A stretch of 64,000 nt of DNA from a virus: IMG/VR virus record IMGVR_UViG_3300020185_000011. One strand, written 5' to 3'. Within the stretch, counting starts at the first letter, position 1; every line of letters begins with the position of its first letter. Position numbers and translations under genes: made by a program. The notes under the pieces are model-generated. The model saw nothing but the letters and a program-made list of their open reading frames with translations. It did no database searches and had not been told where the DNA came from. This document shows positions 48,435 through 58,554 of this stretch, one piece after another.

Positions 48435-49712
48435 ATGATGAGTGATAATAAATATTTTCAATACAACCTAGAAGACCTTCACCGAAACAGTGAAAGTAAA
48501 CAGTTTAACTACATTACTTTCTTTGCTGGTGGTGGGGGTTCTTCATGTGGTTACAAACTAGCTGGTGGTGATGTAAAATACATGAATGAATTTCAACAGA
48601 TTCATGTCGACACCTACCTAGAAAATTTCCCTAATACAGTTCATGAATGTAGAGACATCAAAGAAGTCACTGCAGAAGGAATCATGGAGCTGACTGGACT
48701 TAAAAAATACGAATTAGATATCATGGATGGGTCACCACCTTGTCCACCATTTTCTATGGCAGGTTCCAAGAAAGAAGGATGGAACCAAGAGAAGATGGCA
48801 TATGGTATGAAACAACAGAACATCGAAGACCTTACATGGGAAATGATTAGGATTGCCGAAGGGTTGATGCCTAAAGTTATAGTATGTGAGAACGTGAAGG
48901 GTCTCTCGATGGACTATGCAAGAGACCATCTAAACAAGATGGTAAATGATTTTGAAGCACTAGGATACTCAGTGACTTGGAAAATCATGAAGGGACATGA
49001 ACATGGTGTTCCACAAAAAAGAGAAAGAGTATTCATGGTTGGTGTACGTGATGATGTACTTGAAGGTATTGGAATGCCTTGGATGTGTATGTCTTCAGTC
49101 TTCCCCGACCCAGTTAAAGAATTTGCATCCATTGAAGATGCAATTCAAGATTTAGAAACCGATGAAGAGAACATCAAGGATGCAGCTTATCTAGAAACTG
49201 CAATGAACGAATCTTCAAAGGGACATTGGGTAAATGGTTTCGAACAACATCCCGATGAGAAGTTCAAGGATTGTGGCCCATGTGGTGGAGTTACTCCTGT
49301 ACTACATGAGAGAGACAATCAAGCATATGTTTCTATTGGAGACCATATTGTTAAACCTTGGTTTCAAGAACAGATTAAGAACGGACACGTACAACCCGAA
49401 GATGAAAAACATTCTTACTACATGTCAAGAATTGTTCCTAAACATCTACCAGCTCACTCATTGACTGAACAGGGTTGTCAACCAAAATTTATGGGTGGTA
49501 ATCATTTCCACCATGGTGGTAAGAGAATCTACACACCAAAAGAAATGGTGAGATTAATGACTCTACCAAATGATTATAAAATGACTGGTGATTACAACGA
49601 CAAGGGTGCAAGAATTGGATTGATGGTAGCACCACTATGTATGTACTACTTAGTTGAAAACATCAAAGGACAAATATTAGAACCATGGAATTCACTGCAA
49701 CAAAAGACTTAG
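48435..49712 (+). CDS. DNA (cytosine-5) methyltransferase
   Basis: FAGGGG (motif I), GSPPC (IV), ENV (VI), QKRERVF (VIII); promoter TTGACA 48399 -N18- TATAAT 48423. Confidence 0.9.
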   Translation: MMSDNKYFQYNLEDLHRNSESKQFNYITFFAGGGGSSCGYKLAGGDVKYMNEFQQIHVDTYLENFPNTVHECRDIKEVTAEGIMELTGLKKYELDIMDGSPPCPPFSMAGSKKEGWNQEKMAYGMKQQNIEDLTWEMIRIAEGLMPKVIVCENVKGLSMDYARDHLNKMVNDFEALGYSVTWKIMKGHEHGVPQKRERVFMVGVRDDVLEGIGMPWMCMSSVFPDPVKEFASIEDAIQDLETDEENIKDAAYLETAMNESSKGHWVNGFEQHPDEKFKDCGPCGGVTPVLHERDNQAYVSIGDHIVKPWFQEQIKNGHVQPEDEKHSYYMSRIVPKHLPAHSLTEQGCQPKFMGGNHFHHGGKRIYTPKEMVRLMTLPNDYKMTGDYNDKGARIGLMVAPLCMYYLVENIKGQILEPWNSLQQKT

Positions 49713-50686
49713 GATTTAAAGAAACATTTAAGAAATGGAACGGTAAGTATCTTACTGAAGATTCTTATGACACTGTTATCTCATCCATTGGTGTAGAAGA
49801 TGATACTATTAAAATATACAAACCTCATGGTACACTCATGGGGGAAACTTTACTTGCATGTATAGTAAAGAAAGCATACAAAGGTAAAACTTATAGAACA
49901 GTTAAAGACACTTTGTTCTCTATAGATGATACATCTACAATGAGAGCAAATGCAGCCGGGCCTATCGACCACGAAGAAATGAAAGCAAAAGGATTAATCG
50001 AAGGTAAAGACTATGTCCTAAGAACTCCAAACAGTTATTATCCATTAAAGAAGAACGGTGAGTTCAATCGTATTGCAGAAGCAAATGAGATTCATTCAGT
50101 TCTAATCGGGTATAAACGTGGCAGATTCACAGGAATGATTAAGGCAAGTGGTTGGATGGATAAGAAAGCAAACAAAGAAAAGTTTGAAACCCTTCAACAG
50201 ATTGCACAAGTAAATGAACAAGCATTAAAGACTGCAGTTCCCGAGATATGGAAGATGCAAAGAACATTTGCAGATGAATGTATAGAAGAGAAATACCATA
50301 TTGGTGGAGCTCCTATGACAGCGTTATCTGCAAACAAATATTCAACTGGTGGGACTGCAAAGATGTCTGCACATTTGGATGGTAAAGATTTAGAGTTCGG
50401 AATGACAACTATGTGTGTCTTCCGTATTGGAGAATTTGGGGGTGCATACTTATGTTTCCCTAGATATGGTATTGCTATTGAAGCAGATGATGGAGACGTA
50501 CTGATTGCAGATTCAAATGAATTGCACGGTGTATCACCTATCACTGGTGAAGGAGTAAGGTTATCATGTGTTGCATATTGTGATGAACATGTTGCAACTA
50601 AAGGGAGAGCTGGAAAGACTGAGAATCCTATCGGCCCTCATGCTGGAAAGTATGAGGAGAAAGGTTCACTTGACAGCTTTTTCTAG
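49685..50686 (+). CDS. TET/JBP-family 2OG-Fe(II) dioxygenase
   Basis: N...AHLDGKD, GGAYLCFP, GDVLIAD..ELHG, RLSCVAY; overlaps the C5-MTase gene. Confidence 0.8.
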   Translation: MEFTATKDLGFKETFKKWNGKYLTEDSYDTVISSIGVEDDTIKIYKPHGTLMGETLLACIVKKAYKGKTYRTVKDTLFSIDDTSTMRANAAGPIDHEEMKAKGLIEGKDYVLRTPNSYYPLKKNGEFNRIAEANEIHSVLIGYKRGRFTGMIKASGWMDKKANKEKFETLQQIAQVNEQALKTAVPEIWKMQRTFADECIEEKYHIGGAPMTALSANKYSTGGTAKMSAHLDGKDLEFGMTTMCVFRIGEFGGAYLCFPRYGIAIEADDGDVLIADSNELHGVSPITGEGVRLSCVAYCDEHVATKGRAGKTENPIGPHAGKYEEKGSLDSFF

Positions 50687-50769
50687 ACCTAAATAATAAT
50701 GTATCAACTGGAACGTTTCCTTTTGGACATCAAACGTCAAATCATATCCCCGTGGGATAAGGAGTAAAA

Positions 50770-51906
50770 ATGACAACACAACAACACCTGTCCGCAGGTT
50801 TAAAAAAGAGCTACGATATAGAACTCACCCGAGAACTATGTCCACCCAAAGAAACTTATCAAACTTGTAAATTCAAGAAAAGACTTGTAGTACACAAGGA
50901 TAAGATTTACATCATTGACCCTATTACAGGCGACCCATTGCAACCGAGAGAAGAAATCAATCTCACTCAAAATGTTATTGAGATTAAAACTTCATTCAAG
51001 TACAGAGGTTGGTTACATTCAGAAGAACCATTATTTGTACAAGTCGCTGCTGATGGAAACTTCATTCTAAGAAGTGGATTCAACAGATTCAAAGCTGCAA
51101 CGGAAAGTGGTTGGGAATATCTATTAGTAGATGTGTATGAAGATGCACCAGTCCAAAAGGACAACATTGCATTTAAGTATGTTTGTAACAATACTAACCT
51201 ACCATCTAAACCTAATAAAGATATTGACTTCATTAGAGGTGTAGTAGAAGCGATTGATGCAAATGCAATCAATCAAGAAGTCGAAGAAGAGATAATCTCA
51301 TTCTTAAAACAAATCACATCAACAGATGATGGTATGCGTTTAAAGACAGATGAAGAGATTGTCAATTATGTCGATGTAACAGAAGTAAATGACGATGGTT
51401 CAGAGAGTACTACTCAAGAACTATCAACTTCATGTTTACTATATAAGGTCTACAGACAGAGAGGAAAGAACAGAAACATTCTACCGTTAGATGGTAAATA
51501 TGCAAACGAAATTCTTAACAAACTTGGAAAGGGATGGGCTGGAGCAAGAAACAAAGATGTAACTGAGTTAGGTTATTGTTTTGAGAAAGGGAATAGTCTA
51601 CACAGAATATTGTGGGATGGTTTAAAACTTTATGGTAAGTATCAATCACCAATCATGTTATATGGATATGTTGAGAACCCATCATCAATGACTTTAAAGT
51701 CTGATAGAGCAGAAACATTTGCAAGATACGAGTGGTTCATAGAAGAATGTGTAAGAAGATTTACGGATTCTCTTGACTATCATAAGATGGGACTTAACTT
51801 CATGGAACTTGAATGGAAGTTCAGAGAAATCTTTCAGTGGGGTGGATTCATACCTCAAGATAAAACACCACATTGTGATGAAACTGGAAGGATAATACAA
51901 CTATGA
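50770..51906 (+). CDS. ParB/Srx-like N-terminal domain protein
   Basis: QPR...SFKYRGW...PLFV...LRSGFNRFKAA. Confidence 0.55.
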   Translation: MTTQQHLSAGLKKSYDIELTRELCPPKETYQTCKFKKRLVVHKDKIYIIDPITGDPLQPREEINLTQNVIEIKTSFKYRGWLHSEEPLFVQVAADGNFILRSGFNRFKAATESGWEYLLVDVYEDAPVQKDNIAFKYVCNNTNLPSKPNKDIDFIRGVVEAIDANAINQEVEEEIISFLKQITSTDDGMRLKTDEEIVNYVDVTEVNDDGSESTTQELSTSCLLYKVYRQRGKNRNILPLDGKYANEILNKLGKGWAGARNKDVTELGYCFEKGNSLHRILWDGLKLYGKYQSPIMLYGYVENPSSMTLKSDRAETFARYEWFIEECVRRFTDSLDYHKMGLNFMELEWKFREIFQWGGFIPQDKTPHCDETGRIIQL

Positions 51907-52439
51907 TTATCATGGTTGGTGGAGTTCCATGTTCGGGAAAGTCAACTCTCATGAGAAGACTTATCTCTAGGTTAGATGAACCCAACCTAATTGAACCGAT
52001 GAAACTATTTAAGTGCCAAGAACATGGTGACGTATTAGTAGTCGGTCAATATCCCGAGGGAGAGACATTCGGTGGAACTGATAAGCTCTCTCACGGTTCT
52101 ATACCACAATTTAGAGAATTCATTGAGTGGGCAAACATTGCATATAAACATGTATTAATCGAAGGTGATAGATACTTTCGAGGTAAGGATATAGAATGGT
52201 TAATAGACAATCACGAAGCACGCGTTTACGTACTAACAGTAGAGTTATCGGAAGAACACAATCGTCACGCAGAACGTGGAGACACACAGTCCGAAGTGTG
52301 GTTGAAAGGGAGACGGAGTCAGATAAACAACATATTAACAAACATGAATCTACTAGGACAATTGCAGATTCGTGATAACAATTCTATAGAGACTTCTATG
52401 AAAATTGAGGAAGAAATATATGACAGAATTATTTCATAA
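51903..52439 (+). CDS. P-loop nucleotide kinase
   Basis: GGVPCSGKST, GTDKLS, IEGDR, lid RHAERG. Confidence 0.7.
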   Translation: MIIMVGGVPCSGKSTLMRRLISRLDEPNLIEPMKLFKCQEHGDVLVVGQYPEGETFGGTDKLSHGSIPQFREFIEWANIAYKHVLIEGDRYFRGKDIEWLIDNHEARVYVLTVELSEEHNRHAERGDTQSEVWLKGRRSQINNILTNMNLLGQLQIRDNNSIETSMKIEEEIYDRIIS

Positions 52440-52743
52440 AAAAGTCTACATGGTTGTAGAGAATCCCAATGAGGATGATGCAGCCATCGAACTAACAGGT
52501 GGAAAATGGGACGGACTTGTATACCAGTATGGCAAGATACAATTCGAAGAAGGTAAACCAAATATCAACTTCACAAGAACTATAAGAAGGTTTCCACATG
52601 GCCATGATGGCTGGAAGACAGAGATTGGACTTGAGGAACTCCTAAATAATAGTGAATTAAACGACCTCATGGGTGACATATTAATGGAACTTGTCGAGGA
52701 ACAAATGAAGAGGGAGAAAGAAGATGGCACTAGAGTATCATAA
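52420..52743 (+). CDS. Conserved T4-like hypothetical protein
   Basis: IELTGGKWDGLVYQYGKI...GDILMEL; GAGG SD. Confidence 0.6.
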   Translation: MTELFHKKVYMVVENPNEDDAAIELTGGKWDGLVYQYGKIQFEEGKPNINFTRTIRRFPHGHDGWKTEIGLEELLNNSELNDLMGDILMELVEEQMKREKEDGTRVS

Positions 52744-52888
52744 ATTTAGGCTAACAGCCGACGAGGTAGAGGAAGGACAGGAGATGTATGTTTTATCCTG
52801 TGAAGAAGGAATGCTTGACGCACTCAAAGGTGCTTACGCCGAATACACATGGGTAGAGAAGACTACTGAACCACCTACCCCCGAATAA
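52724..52888 (+). CDS. 54-aa acidic hypothetical protein, absent from the ORF track
   Basis: GGAG SD; fills the gap before the lysozyme gene. Confidence 0.45.
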   Translation: MALEYHKFRLTADEVEEGQEMYVLSCEEGMLDALKGAYAEYTWVEKTTEPPTPE

Positions 52889-52904
52889 CAATAAGGATTA
52901 ATCA

Positions 52905-53360
52905 ATGAATAAAGAAGTATTGAAAGCACAAATTAAGCGTCATGAGGGCGAGGTACTTGAAGTATACGCAGACTCATTAGGATATCTAACACTTGGTGTT
53001 GGACATCTAATCAAAGAGGGTGATGCAGAACATGGACAACCAGCAGGAACTCCAGTATCACAATCAGTAGTAGATGCATACTACGAAGCAGATTTTGACA
53101 AACACGTGGATGAAACTATTCATTTGTTTGAATCAAAAGGTGGGAAGGATTTTTATTCTTTACCCGAAGATATTCAACACGTACTAGTCAATATGACATT
53201 CAACTTAGGTGGAAGTCGTTTTGGTAAGTTCAACAACATGTGGAAAGCAGTTGTATCAGAAGACTGGAAAAGAATGGCAGTTGAAATGGAAGACAGCCGT
53301 TGGTTCAGACAAGTCGGAAGACGTTCAGTTGAATTACAGGAGTCAGTACTAAATGTCTAA
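52905..53360 (+). CDS. T4-type lysozyme (GH24)
   Basis: HEG..VYADSLGYLTLGVGH (E-D-T triad), NMTFNLG, SRWFRQVGRR. Confidence 0.9.
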   Translation: MNKEVLKAQIKRHEGEVLEVYADSLGYLTLGVGHLIKEGDAEHGQPAGTPVSQSVVDAYYEADFDKHVDETIHLFESKGGKDFYSLPEDIQHVLVNMTFNLGGSRFGKFNNMWKAVVSEDWKRMAVEMEDSRWFRQVGRRSVELQESVLNV

Positions 53361-53619
53361 CCCTATCAAATGTCTTCGTTTAGAAAACGGAGATGTCGTT
53401 ATTGGTAAAGTAACAGAAAAATTATTCAAGTACGTGGTAGAAGAAGCACATGCTTGTATTGTTGAGATTCAAGGTGGCCAAATGGAAGTAGGTCTAGCTC
53501 CATGGATACCTTATGCAAAAGACTATACTTTTGATATTTCTAAAGTCAGAGTAGTGTCTTGTTTTGAACCTAGACCAAACCTTGCACAAAACTACAAGGT
53601 GTTAACTGGAAATAAATAA
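53353..53619 (+). CDS. Hypothetical protein (Sm-like)
   Basis: LRLENGDVVIG, GLAPWIPY. Confidence 0.6.
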   Translation: MSNPIKCLRLENGDVVIGKVTEKLFKYVVEEAHACIVEIQGGQMEVGLAPWIPYAKDYTFDISKVRVVSCFEPRPNLAQNYKVLTGNK

Positions 53620-53620
53620 A

Positions 53621-53842
53621 GTGGCAGATATATTAAGAGCATTAGAAAAGAAGTACGAAGGTGATATTGCAGTACACACTGCAAACATTCAAGTCTACCA
53701 AGAAAACCCAGCAGGTATCGGAGACCATTCTGATATCGTTCAGGCAGTAGATGCAGAAGTTGAGAAACTTGCAGATGCTCAAGATAAGCTAAAATCAGTA
53801 AAAGAATTACTACATCCAACCAAAAAAACACTTGTAGAATAG
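53621..53842 (+). CDS. Conserved T4-like hypothetical protein
   Basis: NPAGIGDHSDI motif; GTG start. Confidence 0.6.
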   Translation: MADILRALEKKYEGDIAVHTANIQVYQENPAGIGDHSDIVQAVDAEVEKLADAQDKLKSVKELLHPTKKTLVE

Positions 53843-53866
53843 ACCTCTTTCTGTTATAATAACAGT

Positions 53867-56359
53867 ATGGATTTTTATACTAATGTGTGTCGAACTCGCG
53901 ACAAAATACTCGTAAAAGGTTACCAAGGAAAGAAACAGGTTCAAATGTCTGTGGACTACCGTCCTAATCATTACGTCCCAACCAAAAAACCTTCTGCATT
54001 CAAATCACTGGATGGGAAGAACCTTGAGGCTGTTAATCTCAGTTCGATGGGTGGTGCAAGAAAGTTCCGAGAGAAGTTTGCTGGAACAGCAGGGATGGAA
54101 ATCCATGGGTATGATAGATACATCTATACATACATTGCTGATAAGTTTCAAGGGGACATCAAGTATGACCCAAAAGTTATCAAAATTGCAACACTAGATA
54201 TTGAGTGTGAATGTGAAGATGGGTTCCCCGAACCCATGCAAGCTTTGGAAAAAGTAAACGCAATCACCATCAAACCTTTTAGATTTATGGCTCACACATT
54301 CGGGATTGGGCCGTGGGACGAGGCACCAGCCAACGTACATTATCATGAAGCACAGGATGAGAAAGACCTACTTGAACAATTCATCAAGTACTGGAGAAAA
54401 GAAAAGTTCGACATCATTACTGGTTGGAATGTTAATACTTTTGACATCACTTACCTTTGTAATCGTGTGGACAGAGTATTCGGTTCGGAATCACATAGAA
54501 AGTTTTCACCATGGAACATGTGTGATGTCAGAGAGTTCAAGACCAACTGGGGTTCTACCCAACAGGTCTTTAATCTGTATGGAATCAATGTAATTGATTA
54601 CCTAGAGCTTTACAAAAAACATACTTTTGTAAACCAAGAGTCATACAGACTAGACCACATTGCAAATGTGGAACTAGGTAAATCAAAGATATCATATGAA
54701 GAGGAAGGTTCTCTTCACCATCTATACAGAAACAATTATTCCAAGTTCCTTGCTTACAATGTAAAGGATGTTACCTTGGTAGAAGACCTAGAGGAGAAAC
54801 TAGGTTTGATGGAATTGATTCTTGCAATGTCTTACAATGCTAAGTGTAATTACAACGACACTTTTGGTATGGTTAAGTATTGGGAAACAATCATCTATAA
54901 CTTTCTGAAGGAACAGAAAATTGCAACACCACCACAGAAGCTGTCACAAACAAAAGGTGATAGAATCCAAGGTGCATATGTCAAAGAACCTATCGTGGGT
55001 AAACATGAATGGGTTGTCTCATTCGATTTGAACTCACTGTATCCACACATCATCATGCAGTACAATATCTCACCCGAGAAAATGCAGAGAGGGTTGACCG
55101 ATACATCCGTAGAAAAATTATTCAACAAGGAAACGATTGTTGATGGCGCACTCGGTATCACACCAAACGGGGCTAGGTTCTCAAACGATAAACAAGGGTT
55201 CCTTCCCGAACTTATGCAGAAGTTCTATGACGAACGTAAGATGTGGAAGGGTAAAATGATTGGGTATCAGAAGGAACTACAAACTTGTACAGATAGGAAA
55301 CGTAAGAACGAACTCAACACATTAATCAAACGTTCTTACAATAACCAACAGGTTAGGAAGATTGCTTTGAACTCAGCATATGGTGCTTTGGCAAACCAAT
55401 ACTTTGCATTCTTTGACCCACAACTTGCAGAGGCAATCACATTGTCGGGTCAGCTGATTATTAAACACGCAGAGAAGACAATCAATGATTGGTTAAATAC
55501 CACACTCAAGACAGATGAAGACTATGTTGTTGCAATGGATACCGATTCTGTGTATATTACACTAGACAAACTGATACAGCAGGTAATGCCTAATGAGACT
55601 GATAAACAAAAAATTACAAACTTCATCGACTCAATCGCAAAGTCACACATGGAAGACGTTCTTGACAAAGGTTTCCAAGAACTTGCAAAATACACCAATG
55701 CCTTCGAACAGAAGATGGAGATGGGGAGAGAGGTCATCGCAGACCGTGGGATTTGGACTGCAAAGAAAAGATACATCCTCAACGTCATCGACAACGAAGG
55801 AGTCCGACTAGCCGAACCTAAACTCAAGATGATGGGTATTGAGACTGCAAAGTCCAGTACACCACAATGGGTTAGGGGTAAACTTACAGATGCATTCAAG
55901 ATTGTGATGCAAGGGACTGAAGAAGAACTATGGGACTTTGTTGAGAATGCACGGATGGATTTCCGTAGACTTGCACCCGAAGATATGTCTTCACCTAGAG
56001 GTTGTAATAACCTAGGACAGTATGCAGACCCAACACAAATCTATGGAAAGGGTACACCTATACACGTACGCGGTGCATTACTTTACAACCATCATTTAAA
56101 ACAGAAGAACATTCACAAACGTTATGAGTTGATTAAGAGTGGAGAAAAACTACACTTTACATATCTCACTACACCAAATCCAATCAACGAGAACGTCATA
56201 TCATTTATGAACGTTTTACCAAAGGAGTTCGACTTGCATAAGTATATCGATTATGATATGCAATTTGACAAGTCATTCATAGAACCATTGAAGGTGGTTA
56301 TAGAAAAGATTGGCTGGAATGTTGAACCAGTTGCCTCGCTAGATTCCTTTTTCGGATAA
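53867..56359 (+). CDS. gp43: Family B DNA polymerase
   Basis: LDIE exonuclease motif, SFDLNSLYPH, KIALNSAYG, DTDS. Confidence 0.97.
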   Translation: MDFYTNVCRTRDKILVKGYQGKKQVQMSVDYRPNHYVPTKKPSAFKSLDGKNLEAVNLSSMGGARKFREKFAGTAGMEIHGYDRYIYTYIADKFQGDIKYDPKVIKIATLDIECECEDGFPEPMQALEKVNAITIKPFRFMAHTFGIGPWDEAPANVHYHEAQDEKDLLEQFIKYWRKEKFDIITGWNVNTFDITYLCNRVDRVFGSESHRKFSPWNMCDVREFKTNWGSTQQVFNLYGINVIDYLELYKKHTFVNQESYRLDHIANVELGKSKISYEEEGSLHHLYRNNYSKFLAYNVKDVTLVEDLEEKLGLMELILAMSYNAKCNYNDTFGMVKYWETIIYNFLKEQKIATPPQKLSQTKGDRIQGAYVKEPIVGKHEWVVSFDLNSLYPHIIMQYNISPEKMQRGLTDTSVEKLFNKETIVDGALGITPNGARFSNDKQGFLPELMQKFYDERKMWKGKMIGYQKELQTCTDRKRKNELNTLIKRSYNNQQVRKIALNSAYGALANQYFAFFDPQLAEAITLSGQLIIKHAEKTINDWLNTTLKTDEDYVVAMDTDSVYITLDKLIQQVMPNETDKQKITNFIDSIAKSHMEDVLDKGFQELAKYTNAFEQKMEMGREVIADRGIWTAKKRYILNVIDNEGVRLAEPKLKMMGIETAKSSTPQWVRGKLTDAFKIVMQGTEEELWDFVENARMDFRRLAPEDMSSPRGCNNLGQYADPTQIYGKGTPIHVRGALLYNHHLKQKNIHKRYELIKSGEKLHFTYLTTPNPINENVISFMNVLPKEFDLHKYIDYDMQFDKSFIEPLKVVIEKIGWNVEPVASLDSFFG

Positions 56360-56367
56360 ATAACGTT

Positions 56368-56790
56368 ATGGCATACTCAAAAGAAGTAGTTCAAAGATTT
56401 GAAGCAGTACTTGCAAACCCCGAAAAACATTCCGTAGGTCGATTAGACAAAGACGACCCACATGTTGCAACAGGTCTTGCAGGCGCACCCGCCTGTGGTG
56501 ATGTAATGCAATTACAACTATTACTGGACGATGATGAAAGAATCATTGACGTAAAGTTTAAAACCTATGGATGTGGAAGTGCAATTGCAAGTTCGTCCAT
56601 GTTTGTTGATATGATGATGGGTAAGACTATCGAAGAAGCTAAACTAATTAAGGATAAGGACATCGCTGATGCGTTAGACCTTCCGCCGATTAAACTTCAT
56701 TGTTCTGTTCTTGCTGAAGACGCAATCAAAAAGGCAATGATTGATTACGACACCAAGTTGGAACATCGCAGACACAACTATCCTAAATAG
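56368..56790 (+). CDS. iscU: Fe-S cluster scaffold
   Basis: GAPACGDVM, FKTYGCGSAIASSS, LPPIKLHCSVLAEDAI. Confidence 0.95.
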   Translation: MAYSKEVVQRFEAVLANPEKHSVGRLDKDDPHVATGLAGAPACGDVMQLQLLLDDDERIIDVKFKTYGCGSAIASSSMFVDMMMGKTIEEAKLIKDKDIADALDLPPIKLHCSVLAEDAIKKAMIDYDTKLEHRRHNYPK

Positions 56791-56794
56791 AACC

Positions 56795-57262
56795 ATGGGA
56801 ACTAAAAACTTTAAACAATGTGAATTTCATGTAAAGGTCAGTAAAATTGTCGACGGCGATACAGTTGATGTCGACATAGACTTAGGGTTCTCAACAGTTT
56901 TAAAGAAACAAAGAGTGCGACTAATGGGTATAGATACACCCGAATCAAGAACAAGAGACCTCGTGGAGAAATTGTTTGGTAAAGCATCTAAAAAACATCT
57001 TACACATCTTCTATCAGAAGGTGATATTACCCTCGTTAGTCACGACAAAGGAAAATTCGGACGCATACTTGGAGAGTTATTTGTTCATAGCGAAGATGAA
57101 TCAATCATCAATGTCAACAGACAAATGATTCTTGACCACCATGCAGTGGAATATACTGGTGAGAATAAAGACACCACAACAGAACGTCACATGGAGCATA
57201 GAAAGCTTCTAATGGAGAAAGGAGTCGTCACTCAAGAACAGATTGACAAGGTGATGTCATGA
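56795..57262 (+). CDS. Thermonuclease (SNase-like)
   Basis: VDGDTVD, RVRLMGIDTPE, GKFGRILG. Confidence 0.85.
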   Translation: MGTKNFKQCEFHVKVSKIVDGDTVDVDIDLGFSTVLKKQRVRLMGIDTPESRTRDLVEKLFGKASKKHLTHLLSEGDITLVSHDKGKFGRILGELFVHSEDESIINVNRQMILDHHAVEYTGENKDTTTERHMEHRKLLMEKGVVTQEQIDKVMS

Positions 57263-57438
57263 TTATTTCTCCAATGGATTGTTTCTATATTGCAATGATA
57301 TGTGCAATATTCGGATTCATAATCCACTTGGAATTAGGAATGTCAGAGTTAAAGGCTATGATGAAGGAACATACTAGGTTCGACAAAAAAATGTCTGAAG
57401 TTGGTAAGAAATTATCTGAAATAGAAAAAAAACTCTAA
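57259..57438 (+). CDS. 59-aa membrane protein, absent from the ORF track
   Basis: ATGA overlap; N-terminal TM helix, basic coiled coil. Confidence 0.5.
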   Translation: MIISPMDCFYIAMICAIFGFIIHLELGMSELKAMMKEHTRFDKKMSEVGKKLSEIEKKL

Positions 57439-57498
57439 AACCCCCTTGCACAAACCCCGAATATAGTCTATAATGGATACACATTATGGAGAAGTGTT

Positions 57499-58554
57499 AT
57501 GTCATTTATTAAAGATTTAGTAAAAGCATCGGGAAACGAATATGCAAATGTCGTTTCGGACGGTGTTGCAGCTGGAGATGTCGATACCTTTGTAGACACA
57601 GGTAGTCACATTTTCAATGCACTATTAAGTGGTTCACTATACGGTGGACTTCCCGACAACAAAATTACTGCAATCGCAGGAGAATCAGCAACAGGTAAAA
57701 CATACTTTGCATTAGGCATAGTAAAACAATTCCTATCTGATAATCCCGATTCTGCAGTTATATACTTTGAGTCTGAGTCAGCAATATCAAAGGATATGAT
57801 TGAATCTAGGGGAATTGATTCCTCTAGGATGATTATTGTCCCAGTGGTTACTGTACAAGAATTCAGAACTCAATCGATTAGTATACTGGATAAGTATGCT
57901 GAAACCCCAAAATCCAAACGTCCACCTTTGATGATGTGTTTAGATTCACTTGGTATGTTATCAACAACCAAAGAAATCGAAGATACTGCAGAAGGTAAAG
58001 AGACAAAGGATATGACTCGAGCACAAATTGTAAAAGGTGCATTTAGAGTCCTAACTTTGAAACTTGGTCGAGTTGGTGTTCCTATGATTGTCACAAACCA
58101 CACATATGATGTGATTGGTTCTATGTTCCCTCAGAAAGAAATGGGTGGTGGTAGTGGACTCAAGTACGCTGCATCGTCTATCATCTATCTATCTAAAAAG
58201 AAAGAGAAGGATGGGACAGAGATAATCGGAAATATCATTCACTGTAAGAATGCAAAGTCAAGATTGACTGTAGAAAATAGAATAGTGGATGTTAGGCTTT
58301 CTTATGAAAAAGGATTGGACAGGTACTATGGTCTATTAGACATGGCACTTGCATTTGGCGTCTTTACAAAAGAAGGAACTCGTGTTAAACTACCTACAGG
58401 TAAAACCGAATTCGGAAAGACGATTAATAACAATCCCGAGAAGTACTTTACAGATGATGTAATGGCACAACTCGAACAGAAAGCACAGGAATATTTTAAG
58501 TATGGAACAAGTGAGACTAGAACAGACGATACTGAAGAACTTAGTTCAGAGTGA
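57499..58554 (+). CDS. uvsX: RecA-like recombinase
   Basis: [26 protein letters not shown]. Confidence 0.95.
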   Translation: MSFIKDLVKASGNEYANVVSDGVAAGDVDTFVDTGSHIFNALLSGSLYGGLPDNKITAIAGESATGKTYFALGIVKQFLSDNPDSAVIYFESESAISKDMIESRGIDSSRMIIVPVVTVQEFRTQSISILDKYAETPKSKRPPLMMCLDSLGMLSTTKEIEDTAEGKETKDMTRAQIVKGAFRVLTLKLGRVGVPMIVTNHTYDVIGSMFPQKEMGGGSGLKYAASSIIYLSKKKEKDGTEIIGNIIHCKNAKSRLTVENRIVDVRLSYEKGLDRYYGLLDMALAFGVFTKEGTRVKLPTGKTEFGKTINNNPEKYFTDDVMAQLEQKAQEYFKYGTSETRTDDTEELSSE

